This document shows positions 1 to 12,800 of a stretch of 64,000 bases of DNA, in pieces; position 1 is the first letter of the stretch, and every line of letters starts with the position of its first letter. The translations under genes were made by a program, and so were the position numbers. Under the pieces are notes generated by a model, which was not told where the DNA came from, searched no databases, and saw nothing but the letters and a program-made list of their open reading frames with translations. This DNA comes from Vicugna vicugna. Taxonomy: Eukaryota. The stretch spans positions 5,952,302 to 6,016,301 of the forward strand of contig MU058065.1 in NCBI GenBank assembly GCA_013265495.1. The letters run 5' to 3'.

Positions 1-847
1 ATCTAGTGCTCAAGTGGAGGAACTGGCCTTATACAGGAACACAGAGATTTCATCTAATGCTAATAGGCAAAAAGGCTGGTATGGATGCTAGTAGACCCCA
101 GGGTGTGAATTAAGAACAGTACAGATTATTAACCCAGAAGCAGAGGAAAAGGAATAGGGGAGTGGGTGTGGAGAGTGGGAGATTATTTCTTTAGAATAGG
201 TGACTGACCTTTCCTGAGAGCAGAGTTGCATTGAGGGAAGCAGCCAAACAGATCTGCCTCAGCATAAGATGGTGGTGACGAATGTTTAAAACAAGTGTAT
301 AGTACTTTGGAGTTTTCCAAGCACTTCGATTTCCCTGATTGCATTTAATCTTTACTACAGATCCATAAAGTATGTATTATTCTTATTTTACATATAAAGA
401 AAACAAAGGTTCAGGGCCCCAAAAAAGAAGAAGATGAATAATAATTATGATGATGATAATAATAGCAGTTATGGAAAGCACACTATGTATCAGGTACTAT
501 TCTAACTATTTAATGTTGTGTTATTTATCACAACAATCTTAGCAGGTTATAAACCACCATTTTTCAGATGAAAGAACTGAGGCTCAGACAGGTTCAGCCA
601 AGGTCACACAATTAGTAAGTGGCAGAGGATTTAAACCAAGTCTCACTCCCAAATCTATACCTGAGGGTGGGAAAAGGACAGCTCAGATCACCCACTGAGT
701 CTCCAAACTCCCTCCACTGCTCTTCTGCTCTGCCAAATTCAGTACACTGCAAGGTAGGGGGTGCAGTTTTTATCTGCACTGGTCCCTGTTACTGGGCTCT
801 CAGACTGTCCCAAGCCAACCATCTTACCCTATCCTGCTCCCCGGCAG

Positions 848-3800
848 GACTGTCCTGGCACGATGACCTCACCCAGTATGTGATCTCCCAGGAGATGGAA
901 CGCATTCCCAGGCTTCGCCCCCCAGAGCCCCATCCAAGGGACAGGTATGCATCCTTTCTCATCATCTCTAGCATGACAAGGCTGCTGGGTCTGATGGACA
1001 GAGGGACATGGGCACGAAGCAGGCTGGGGCATGGGTAAAAGAGGTTCTGGAGTGGTCATCTGACATGTTCACATGCCCAACATAAGCTGAGTTCATCCCC
1101 GGGGACCCAGCTAAACAGGGACATTAAAAGATGTTTTGAAACATTTGGACATTTGGAATTTTTAAAGAAGCATCAAAGTAGTCATCATGAAACAAATTAG
1201 AATTTTGTTGGACCTAAGTTGTTTAATGTTCAGTTTGATTACTATGTGGAATTGTATATGGTAGGAGGTACCATCATCTTTTTGTGGTTAGGGTCTCTGA
1301 AGGCATCATTCAGACCCTGTAAAGCAGAGGAAAGTAAATGAGGGCTTGGGGCTCAAATGATAATACCAAATAAAGAAGGCACAGTGGGGCTGGGGGAGCA
1401 GAGTGAGGGGGCACAGTACTGAATGTCTGAACGTGTACTTGGAGACCCAGGTGCGGGGACATGCACACCGGGACAGTGAGGCAAGCTGCAGCCAGAGTTG
1501 GTCTAGAGAGGTTCCTGGCTGCCTTTCCCTGCTACTGTTCTCCCTTTCTCTGTCCCGTAGCCTCACGCTTCATCAGTTCCGCCACTGTGTTTCAGGGACC
1601 CAGGCATGCTTACCAGGGAGGCAATGACCTCTGCTCCAGGCTTGGCCCTCTGGCCTTCCCCATGCTACTCCCTCCTTTCCTGAGGCTACCTCATCTCTTA
1701 CGAAGTCAGGCTCACCCTAAGCTAAGCCTGCCTGGCCCCTTCTCTCTGTCTCGTAGGCTCTGCCCCACACAACCAACACACACACATACACAAACACACA
1801 CACACACTTTGCTTTCCTCCCCAGATCTGGCTTGGTGCCCAGGAGACCTGGTCCCACTGGGGAGCTGCTTTTACAGGGCATCCCCACTGGCTCTGCTCCT
1901 GCTCCCCAGCACCGGCTTCCTCGACCTCCAGTAGGTGGGGGCGGAGCTGGGGCGGGCTCCTCCCTGTCCCCTCTGCAAGCTGAGCTGCTGCCCCCTCTCT
2001 TGGAGCATCTGCTGCTGCCCCCACAGCCCCCACACCCTGCCCTGAGTTATGAAACTGCCCTGCTGCAGCCCTACCTATTCCATCAGGTGAGCCCGAGACA
2101 CTGGCCCCACCTCAACCCCCGTGTCCTCTGTCCCTGACATCCGCTCTTATCCCAGTCTCTTGTTTCCCACAGTTTGGCTCCCGCGATGGCTCCCGGGGCT
2201 CAGAGAGCTCCTCAGGGATGGTCAGTGTTGGCCCCCTGCCCAAGGCTGAACCCTCTGCCCTCTTCAGCAGAACTGCCTCCAAAGGCATGTTCGGGTCTCA
2301 CCCTGGCCTCTCCTATGGGGACCCTCCAGGGCCTCCACCTGCTCAGCTTTTCCAGGAGTCAAGGCTACTATACCTGGCCCAGGAGCCACAAGTGCCCAGC
2401 AGGGCCAGGGCACCAAGGCTGCCAGAGCAAGGGGGCAGCAGCCAGGCGGAGGACTCCTCAGAGGGCTATGAGGAGGAAGGACTAGAGGGCCACAGGGAGA
2501 AGCCTCCTTCCCAAGCAGAGCAGCCAGGTAACAGAGTGCTCAGCATCCACTCCCTGCCTCTGGGGCTGCTTCCTGGGGGGTGCGAAGTGGGGGTCCTTCC
2601 TGACTATCCATGCATTTGTTAATTTGTCCTTAAAGTCATTCATGCATTTAACTAATGTCTGCTGACAACCTGAACTATGCCAGGCACTAGGTAGGCAGTG
2701 GGGATATGGTGAGGGGTGAAGCTGACATGACTCTTCTTCAGCTGGGGAATCAAGAAGTCCTTCCTGAGCCTGAAGCTTGGTCTTGGTGCCAGGAAATTCT
2801 TTCCTCCTAAGTATAGACAAGGATGGGAAGGGGAGGGCATCAGTGTCCTGGTGTTTGAGAAGAAACTCTCACATGTGCTGGCCCCCTAACTCCCAAATGC
2901 ACCCCCAAGTTCATCTCCATACCAGGCCTAAGCTCTGTGTCTGGTTCCCAGCAGATGTGATTCTGCAGAGACTGGCAGCCGTGCTGGCGGGCTATGGGGT
3001 GGAGCTGCGTCAGCTGACCCCTGAGCAGCTCTCCACCCTCTCGACCTTGCTGCAGCTGCTGCCCAAGGGCGCAGGACGAAATCTGGGTGAGTGTCCAGGC
3101 AGAGTGACCAGCAATGACCAACTGCATGGAAGCCTCTAACCTCACTTCTCTAGAACAAAGGAAGCGGCCTAGAGGGAAAGGGCCAAGGTCAGGGCAGGGA
3201 GTTCTTTTGAGGCACAGAGTCATCCTTGTCCCAAGGGCAGGGAGCAGAGTTTGGGGTGATGAGCTGAGGAATTAGAGCAGGAAAGGACTGGAAGATGGAA
3301 GTAATAGAAAAAGAAGCCAACAGTGGGTATGAGCCAAGATCAGAAGCAGGGAGAAGGCTGGGTGGGAGATAATGAGGAGCTAAGGAGGGGTATGGCCAAT
3401 GCAAAGGAGAAGCCAATAATTGATGGGAAGAGGGAGGACTGAACAAAGAATAGCTTTGAGAAGTGTGGCCAATAACAGAGGGAGGAATTGATAAAACAAT
3501 GAATTATAAGGCAGAAGCACACAGGCATGAGGCTGCGCTTAGGATGAGACCAACGACAGGGTCTTGGTCACTGACTGTGAGGAAACAGGCCACAACTGAT
3601 GTAACAGGCCTTTTCTCCCACCTGCACTGTGTGGACCTTGGCCTTGGCCCTTTGCCCAGAGTCTTGTTTTTCCTGTCTCTGCAGGAGGGGTTGTAAACGT
3701 TGGAGCTGACATCAAGAAAGTAAGTTTGTGGCACCTCCCTGACCCACACGTGCCCCACAGCAGCAAACCCCCTTGGCTGAAAGCTAAACCTCACGATCAG

Positions 3801-6800
3801 GACCCAGAATCTGTATCCTCCAAGCCCCCATTTTGGAGGGAACCATGGCCTAGCAGCTGCAAGGCGTTGTCTAAGGTCTCACCTCAAGTTGAAGGCAGAG
3901 CGGGGACGAGAAGCCAGAATTCTTGATTGACTGCTTTTTTTACGACAGTCAGTTTAGACCACGCTCTGAGGATCCCTAGGGGAAGGGGGAGTTGCAAGCA
4001 GGCAGGCTCCTGACGCCCTGCAGCTTGAGGCGCTCTGTTTCACGTGTTGGAATTCTAAGATTTTGTGGCTCAACAAAAGTCTGCAAACCATAGCTTGCCT
4101 GTTCATCTTCTATCTTCACCCCCACATTCCCTGCTCTGGAATTTCTCCTCACTCCATCCCCATCTTGTGGATGATTACTGATCATGAATAATCACTCATT
4201 CATTCATTCATTCATCCACTGGGCTCACTTTCCTGGATGCCCTCTGTACCCAACACTGACCTGGGCCTAGGGATAGGAAGAGGAAAAAGTCCTAAGCCCC
4301 ACGGTGGGAGACAACGGTCCAGGGTGTGGACCCCCCTCCCCTAAGCCCCTCCACTGTCCAGAGACCACACCTCTATCCTCTCTTCTAAACAGACAATGGA
4401 GGAGCAGGTGCAGGGTGTAGACGCAGTGGAGCCTCCGCCCCCCACCCCTTCCCTGCCTGGATCCCCCACTGCCGGCCCCACCTCCAATAAAGCCCAGCAG
4501 GAACTGAGCTCTGGATCCTCTGAGCCTCCAAAAGCTGCCGACCCCCCTGCCACACATGTCCTACTGGAGAAGAAAAGTCCACTGGGCCAGAGCCAGCCCA
4601 CAGCAGCAGGGCAGCCCTCCACTCAGCCATCAGCAGAGGAATACGGCTACATTGTCACTGACCAGAAGTAAGGGCTCCAGCCTGGGGCAACCTCCCCAGT
4701 CCCTTGGGGGTTGGGCTGGACTTTCTGGCTGGAAGCAGAGGGCAAAAGTCCAGAGATGTGAACCAACAGGAGGTAGGGTGGGCTGCTCTGCAACCTTGGA
4801 GGTGGCTCTGCACTCCTGGAGGTTGTTTCAAGAAAGTGGCCAAGAGGGTCGTCACTTTTCTTCATCTCCCTGCTCCCCACCTCCAGGCCCCTGAGTCTGG
4901 CTGCAGGAGTAAAGCTGCTGGAGATCCTGGCTGAGCATGTGCACATGTCCTCGGGGAGCTTTATCAACATCAGGTGGGGCTGGTGGGCTGGGGCAGCAGG
5001 GATCTAGAAGGTCGCTTGAAGAGGGAGATGGCTGTAGGGGCTCAGAGTAGGAGGGGAAGACAAGTCCCAGGTTGGGTCAAAGATGTTTCCAGCTTCATTG
5101 AAGGTACAACCACACCTACCCCTGCTGTTGGCTCAATCCAGTAGCTCTCCAGCCTCAAGCATCCCTGTATGGCATCTCTGATTGGTTTCAGCCCCGGTCT
5201 CTAATGGGGAGAGGGCCAGAGCAGACCCTCTGAATTTGGGGTCTGTGGTGGGTCAGGTGGTAACATACCTCCTGTTCGGCAGTGTTGTGGGACCAGCCCT
5301 TACCTTCCGCATCCGGCACAATGAACAGAACCTGTCTTTGGCTGATGTGACCCAGCAAGCTGGTAAATACTTCCTGGCCCCAGCCCTAGTAGGACATACC
5401 CAGGCCTGTGGCTGATGCTCCCCTTGAAATATTCCCAGCCCACATGGGCCCTGCCTGCCACCTGGTGTAGCATGACATGTGGTGGAGACCACATGTGGCT
5501 GGAGAGAATCTTACCTCTGTCTTCCTTGCAGGGCTGGTGAAGTCTGAACTGGAAGCACAGACAGGGCTCCAGATCTTGCAGACAGGAGTGGGACAGGTAT
5601 GTGCTAACTGGAGAATCATTCAGAGCCCCAGAGGGCTGACATTGCCTACAAGAGATGAAGGCAAACTTAACAGGAGAACAGGAGCTGAAATACATATGGC
5701 TTTGCCAAAGCTGCCCTCCCCCATGCAGTTTTCTTTCTGACCAGCAGATGGCCTCAGGGGTTCCTGCAGAACCAGCCCTTGCTTGGAAGAACTGTCCAAG
5801 ATGGCCATGGGGCTCCGCAGATGTTCTAGAGCCAAGTCTCAAATTCCAAGGGAAAACCTAACACAGGAAGGGCATTAAACTCAAAATATGTTTCTATTCT
5901 GCATCCAACACTGATGCTTCACATTCTACTATTTGATCCTTTGGGTCTCTTTGTACTTCTCTACATCCATTTTTTAAATACAAAAACTCCTAGGGAGGGT
6001 CACCCACTAAGTCTCTGGCAGTGCAGTGTGGTTGAGGTGGTCCAGTGAGGACTGAGAAGCAGGATCTTGGATCTGTCCGAGTCCTTCTGCCTGTACGACC
6101 ATGGCCATGCCCTCCCAGCTTTGCCCCAGGAGATGTCCTAGCAGGGAGTGTGATGTGGAACAGGGGTAAGGCGCAGCTCCTAAGTCTCTCCCTGCCACTA
6201 CCCACCCTTGATTCTAGCCTTGTTCCCACAGAGGGAGGAGGCGGCCGCTGTCCTTCCTCGACCAGCCCACAGCACCTCTCCCATGCGCTCTGTGCTGCTT
6301 ACTCTGGTGGCCCTGGCGGGTGTGGCCGGGCTGCTTGTGGCTCTGGCAGTGGCCCTGTGTATGCGGCAGCATGCGCGGCAGCGGGACAAGGAGCGCCTGG
6401 CTGCTCTGGGACCCGAGGGGGCCCATGGTGACACAACTTTTGAGTACCAGGTATGAAGCCCCAGAAGCTTGTTGGTAAGAGGGAATGGAAGGGGCCTGGG
6501 AATCTGGGTCTCACGTGGGATGAGGTTTGGGAGTTGGAAAGGAGTGAGCACCCATCCCTGGGAATGTCCAGGTAGAGGCTGGAGAAGCCATGGTGAGGGT
6601 TGTGGGGGCATTTGGAATAGATGGAGTTGGAAGCAGATAGTTCTTCCCAGTGCTACAGTTCTGGGGTCTAGGATTCTACTCTGTAATATCTGAGGTTGAT
6701 GTAGGCACCACCCAAGCAGAACAGCCCCCAAAAGGATGAGAGCCAGGGCAGAAGACCCTACCTCAGATGAGATATGTTTCATTCAAAATCAATCAAGGAC

Positions 6801-9800
6801 AAGCCTAGGGACTCTGTTGAATTAAGCCCAGGACTCTTGTTGAAAAGTCTTCAGGGGACCTTGGACCCTGCCTGATTCTTCCTCTGCAGGACCTGTGCCG
6901 CCAGCATATGGCCACAAAGTCCTTATTCAGCCGAGCAGAGGGTCCACCGGAGCCTTCTCGGGTGAGCAGCGTGTCCTCGCAGTTCAGCGATACGGCTCAG
7001 GCCAGCCCCAGCTCCCACAGCAGCACACCGTCCTGGTGTGAGGAGCCTGCCCAGGCAAACATGGACATCTCCACAGGACACATGATTCTGGTCAGGACAG
7101 GGTGTGGGTCCAGAGAGGGTGAGAGAACAGGATGGTGGGAGGGGCCGGGCTGGCAGTAGGGGCCAGAGCCAGGCTGCGGTGCCCCTGCAGGCATACATGG
7201 AGGACCACCTGCGCAACCGGGACCGCTTGGCCAAGGAGTGGCAGGCCCTGTGTGCCTACCAGGCGGAGCCCAACACCTGTGCTACCGCCCAGGGGGAGGG
7301 CAACATCAAAAAGAACCGCCACCCTGACTTCCTGCCCTGTGAGTGAGTCCTTCTGGCCCACCTGGCCCAGCCCTGGAGGGCTTGGGGGAGGGGCTGGGCT
7401 CCTGGCTCAGGCTGAGCAGCAGAGGTGCCAGGACTCCAATGACTGGAGGGGCCTCTGGGATGGGATATGGGGTCTGTGCAGATGACCACGCGCGCATCAA
7501 GCTGAAGGTGGAAAGCAGCCCTTCTCGGAGTGACTACATCAATGCTAGCCCCATTGTGAGTGCCCCCCCCAGCCTCTTCCCCATTTTCATCCTGCCCCCA
7601 TAGACTCCATTTCCTGGTGGTGACGACCACCCTACCTGAGGCCCTGAAACTGTGGGTCTGATATCCTAGCATGGAAACAGGGGCTCTCAGGCTACCCCAG
7701 ACCCTGGCCCACTCCCTTTGACCAAGCCTCCCCATAGCAGCATTTCCCATTCTGGCTCATGATGTGTCTTTCCTGCCCCTAGATTGAGCACGACCCACGG
7801 ATGCCAGCCTACATAGCCACACAGGGCCCGCTGTCACATACCATCGCAGACTTCTGGCAGGTGGGCTTCTGGAGGAGGCCTTCTCCAGGGACCAGGGTTT
7901 CTTCTAGATAGCCAGGAACAGCCAGGTCCTGAGAAGGTTAAAATGGAGCTTACCTGGGTCTCTGTCCCTAGATGGTGTGGGAGAGTGGCTGCACTGTCAT
8001 CGTCATGCTGACCCCGCTGGTGGAGGATGGTGTCAAGCAGTGTGACCGCTATTGGCCAGATGAAGGCTCCTCTCTCTACCATGTGTATGAGGTCAGCAAG
8101 ACCCCACAGCCAGGAGACAATGGGAGTGGGAAAGGTGGATGGTGCACCACTCATACATGTGTGAATATATGTGTATATAAACATGCATGTGAGCCCACAT
8201 GTATATTCACATACATGCATGCATATATATGTGTGTGTGCCCAGTCGGGCCAAAAAGCATTTGTAGGGACCTAATCTATGACGAAAGATTCATTTGTGAA
8301 ACTATAAAACCATCGAAACTGAGGTAGGAAGCCAAGAGTCAAGAATACAGTAGATGAGACTGGGAAGATAAGGATACTCAAAGACCAAGATTGAGCCCTA
8401 CTTTTATTGAGCCTAACTGAGACCTGATTTTCCTGGAGGCCAAAGCAAAGAAAGAAATGCCATCAGTCACATATGTTGCTTATGTAAAAGAAACAAACTG
8501 TTTCATTAGGAGAGAAGATAGGTAGGGGAGAACTGCGCAGAGGCAAAGCAGGGGAAGGAACAACATTCCTGACAAACGAGAGGTGACCCCCACTATAAAA
8601 CAAGAGACAAGAGCACAACAGAAGCTTCTCATCACCAGATGAGCACTGGATGGCAGTTTTTCACCATCAGATGAGCACTCAACAGTCTTTTTTTTTTTTG
8701 AAGTTTTAAAAATTGGTCTTGCTTGTGGTTAAAGGAATCAAATAAATTACAGAATTTTATCAAAGTTTATGGTATGTGTAGCACAGACACTTTGCTAGAC
8801 TCTGTGCAGAAGAGGAAGGAGAAACTCCAACTTCAAGAAGCAAGCAAGCAAGCAAGCAAACAAGCAAGAAAGAAAGAAAGAAAGAAGGAGGCTTACAATA
8901 GTTGTATCTAGATGGAAAAGCCACCAATTGTCCTGAGCAGTCGACACAGACAGCTAGGGTTCTTGGGGACAGCTGGGAGAGTGGGGCAGGCTGTTGGGTA
9001 AGCTTCCTGGAGGACTAAGAATTTGACTGGCCCAGGAGGCTGGGAGGATTTGGAGAAGCGGAGGAGCGTGCACGCAGACGCAGAGGCCCGGCCGCGCTCA
9101 GGCCCGCGCCCCCTGTTTCGCAGGTAAACTTGGTGTCAGAGCACATCTGGTGCGAGGACTTCCTGGTGCGGAGCTTCTACCTGAAGAACGTGCAGACCCA
9201 GGAGACGCGCACGCTCACGCAGTTCCACTTCCTCAGCTGGCCGGCAGAGGGCACCCCGGCCTCCACCCGGCCCCTCCTGGACTTCCGCAGGTGAGCACCC
9301 CGGGCGCCTGCAAGGAGCTGGAGGGCAACGGCCTGGCGCCTCCTGGGCGGTGGGCGGCCCCAAAGGAGGCTCGAGGAGCCAGGGAGAGAGCAGCACAGGA
9401 GTAGAGGGCCGGGAGCTGGGCTGTGCCACGATCCCTCAGCCCATCATCTCCTCCTGGGGCCCCGAGTCATGTGGCCGGCCCTTTACCCTGTCCTGAAGCC
9501 TTGGCCTCTGATCATCCAGTGCCCCTTCCAGACGCCCCCAAACCAGGACTGGCTCTGACCTCCTAGCGGAACCTTCCAGATACCGCTGCCCACCCAAACC
9601 AGGACTGACACTCTGTCTTGCTGTGCCCATCTCTCTGCCAATGTGGTCCAGCTCCATTTCTGCTCTGTCTCTGCTGGCCTGCTGTCTCCTTCCTCTCTCT
9701 TGCCCTCTTTTTCTCCCTGCCTCTCCAGGTCCAGCTTTCTTCATAACCTTCTTCCCTCCAAGAAGCGCTCACTTGATTTCTAGCTCCCTCCCTCACTCCT

Positions 9801-12800
9801 TCTCTCCTGCTACTTGGCCCCTCCTGTCTGTTTCCTCCTGTCTTGTGCTCCCAGGCCTCCAGCAGTCTCTGTGTCTACTGTCCCCTCACCATCTCTCACT
9901 CCCTCCTGTCATCTCCCCTTCTTTAGCCCTCTCTCTTTGCCTCTTTTTTTTATTTCTCTCCTTCTGTCTTTCCTTCTTTTTCCCTCCCTGCCCTCTTCTC
10001 TCTGCCCCACCCTCCCTCTCCCCCTCACCTCTTTCTCTATCACTCATCTCACTCTTCCCCTCCATCCACATCTCCCCTTCTCTGCACCTCTCCCTGTTCT
10101 AGCTCCTACTTCCTTTTTCTCCACCTCCCTCCCATCTCTGCCTGTTTCCTTCTGCTTCTCCTTGTCTCTGTCTCCCACTCTGTCTCTCTGCATGTCTCTG
10201 TCTCCCCCTCCCTCTGTCTCCCTTCTCTGTCCCCTCCTTCCTCTCTCTCTCTCTCACAGCTGCCAGTGTCATTTTTGTGATCTGCAGCTAGTATTCTCAC
10301 TCCAGTTGCATAGTCACAAAAAACTTCAAGAAGCAAGCAAGCAAGCAAGCAAGCAAGCAAACAAGCAAGAAAGAAAGAAAGAAAGAAGGAGGCTTACAAT
10401 AGTTGTATCTAGATGGAAAAGCCACCAATTGTCCTGAGCAGTCGACACAGACAGCTAGGGTTCTTGGGGACAGCTGGGAGAGTGGGGCAGGCTGTTGGGT
10501 AAGCTTCCTGGAGGACTAAGAATTTGACTGGCCCAGGAGGCTGGGAGGATTTGGAGAAGCGGAGGAGCGTGCACGCAGACGCAGAGGCCCGGCCGCGCTC
10601 AGGCCCGCGCCCCCTGTTTCGCAGGTAAACTTGGTGTCAGAGCACATCTGGTGCGAGGACTTCCTGGTGCGGAGCTTCTACCTGAAGAACGTGCAGACCC
10701 AGGAGACGCGCACGCTCACGCAGTTCCACTTCCTCAGCTGGCCGGCGGAGGGCACCCCGGCCTCCACCCGGCCCCTCCTGGACTTCCGCAGGTGAGCACC
10801 CCGGGCGCCTGCAAGGAGCTGGAGGGCAACGGCCTGGCGCCTCCTGGGCGGTGGGCGGCCCCAAAGGAGGCTCGAGGAGCCAGGGAGAGAGCAGCACAGG
10901 AGTAGAGGGCCGGGAGCTGGGCTGTGCCACGATCCCTCAGCCCATCATCTCCTCCTGGGGCCCCGAGTCATGTGGCGGGCCCTTTACCCTGTCCTGAAGC
11001 CTTGGCCTCTGATCATCCAGTGCCCCTTCCAGACGCCCCCAAACCAGGACTGGCTCTGACCTCCTAGCGGAACCTTCCAGATACCGCTGCCCACCCAAAC
11101 CAGGACTGACACTCTGTCTTGCTGTGCCCATCTCTCTGCCAATGTGGTCCAGCTCCATTTCTGCTCTGTCTCTGCTGGCCTGCTGTCTCCTTCCTCTCTC
11201 TTGCCCTCTTTTTCTCCCTGCCTCTCCAGGTCCAGCTTTCTTCATAACCTTCTTCCCTCCAAGAAGCGCTCACTTGATTTCTAGCTCCCTCCCTCACTCC
11301 TTCTCTCCTGCTACTTGGCCCCTCCTGTCTGTTTCCTCCTGTCTTGTGCTCCCAGGCCTCCAGCAGTCTCTGTGTCTACTGTCCCCTCACCATCTCTCAC
11401 TCCCTCCTGTCATCTCCCCTTCTTTAGCCCTCTCTCTTTGCCTCTTTTTTTTATTTCTCTCCTTCTGTCTTTCCTTCTTTTTCCCTCCCTGCCCTCTTCT
11501 CTCTGCCCCACCCTCCCTCTCCCCCTCACCTCTTTCTCTATCACTCATCTCACTCTTCCCCTCCATCCACATCTCCCCTTCTCTGCACCTCTCCCTGTTC
11601 TAGCTCCTACTTCCTTTTTCTCCACCTCCCTCCCATCTCTGCCTGTTTCCTTCTGCTTCTCCTTGTCTCTGTCTCCCACTCTGTCTCTCTGCATGTCTCT
11701 GTCTCCCCCTCCCTCTGTCTCCCTTCTCTGTCCCCTCCTTCCTCTCTCTCTCTCTCACAGCTGCCAGTGTCATTTTTGTGATCTGCAGCTAGTATTCTCA
11801 CTCCAGTTGCATAGTCACAAAAGTGATCATTGGCAGGTGTGGCCGCTGCATGGACGGGACAATGAGGACGTGTGGGCCCAGGGACCACCCTCAAGGCTGC
11901 TGGGATTGCTGGGAGCTGGGGGGACTCAGGGAAGGGACAAATACTATCAAAGGGAGTGTGGGAGGATCTCTGGTTTCTTGGGGACTCAGTGGAACTAGGT
12001 GGGGGCTGAGACAGGAAGCTAACTAAGGGACGTACCTTATCCTAACGCTGAAACAGGACCAGGCCAGGCCTCTGGCATCAGGCCTCTGGCATCTCTGCCT
12101 TCCCCCTCCCCAGACAGGTGGCTGAGAAGCCTGCTGCCACAAGCCGGGGCCTCCCCCACACTGTGGCCTTCTGCTGCTTCTCTGCTCCTTGCCAAGCTGG
12201 CCTGAGGTCTCTAGGCGCTGGGGAGAGAGCAGAGAAGCAGAGCTGGGGGGTACCTGGGGACAGTTTCTGAGCCTCAGGACAATGGTATCAAACAGGGGTC
12301 CCTGGGGCTTGAGGCACAGGCTTCTCAAAAGTAACACCAGGGGTATCATAGCTATTTTCTGTTTTCCACATTAAAAAAATCCTTATAGAAGTAGTGCATG
12401 GACCTGTTTTCAGGCTGCACAGGTAAGCGAAAAGTTATATTTCTTTGCTTTAGGCTGAAATTATGTAAACTCAATTGACATTAGACACCCAGAAAAATTA
12501 ATTGCTGCTTAATAAATACAGTTTGGTGAAGGTCCACTTAAGAGAAGGCAAAATAACATTTTATGTCCTAAAAAGTGATTCCGAGCAAGTTCCTTGACCT
12601 CCATCTGTTTCCTTACCTGTGAAATGAGGATGATGACCCAGACTTTAGGGGGTTGTTACAAAAGCCAATAGGATAAAGTCTATAAAATCTAGTTTAAGCA
12701 CATAGCAAGGGCTCTATTAATTCTAAATACTGTTTATTATTATTATTATTATTAAAGGATTGGGAACTACTGTGTGACTTCTATTCAACTCCAGCCCTGA

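Noticed and set aside
8150..8240. Imperfect hairpin in a TA/CA/TG-rich intronic tract
   Set aside because: Self-complementarity is expected from low-complexity dinucleotide repeats; no miRNA evidence.
9623..11998. Long Ser/Leu/Pro-rich ORFs (159-227 aa) and their Arg/Glu-rich antisense ORFs
   Set aside because: These are by-products of the stop-poor CT-rich intronic tract, with no splice or family support.
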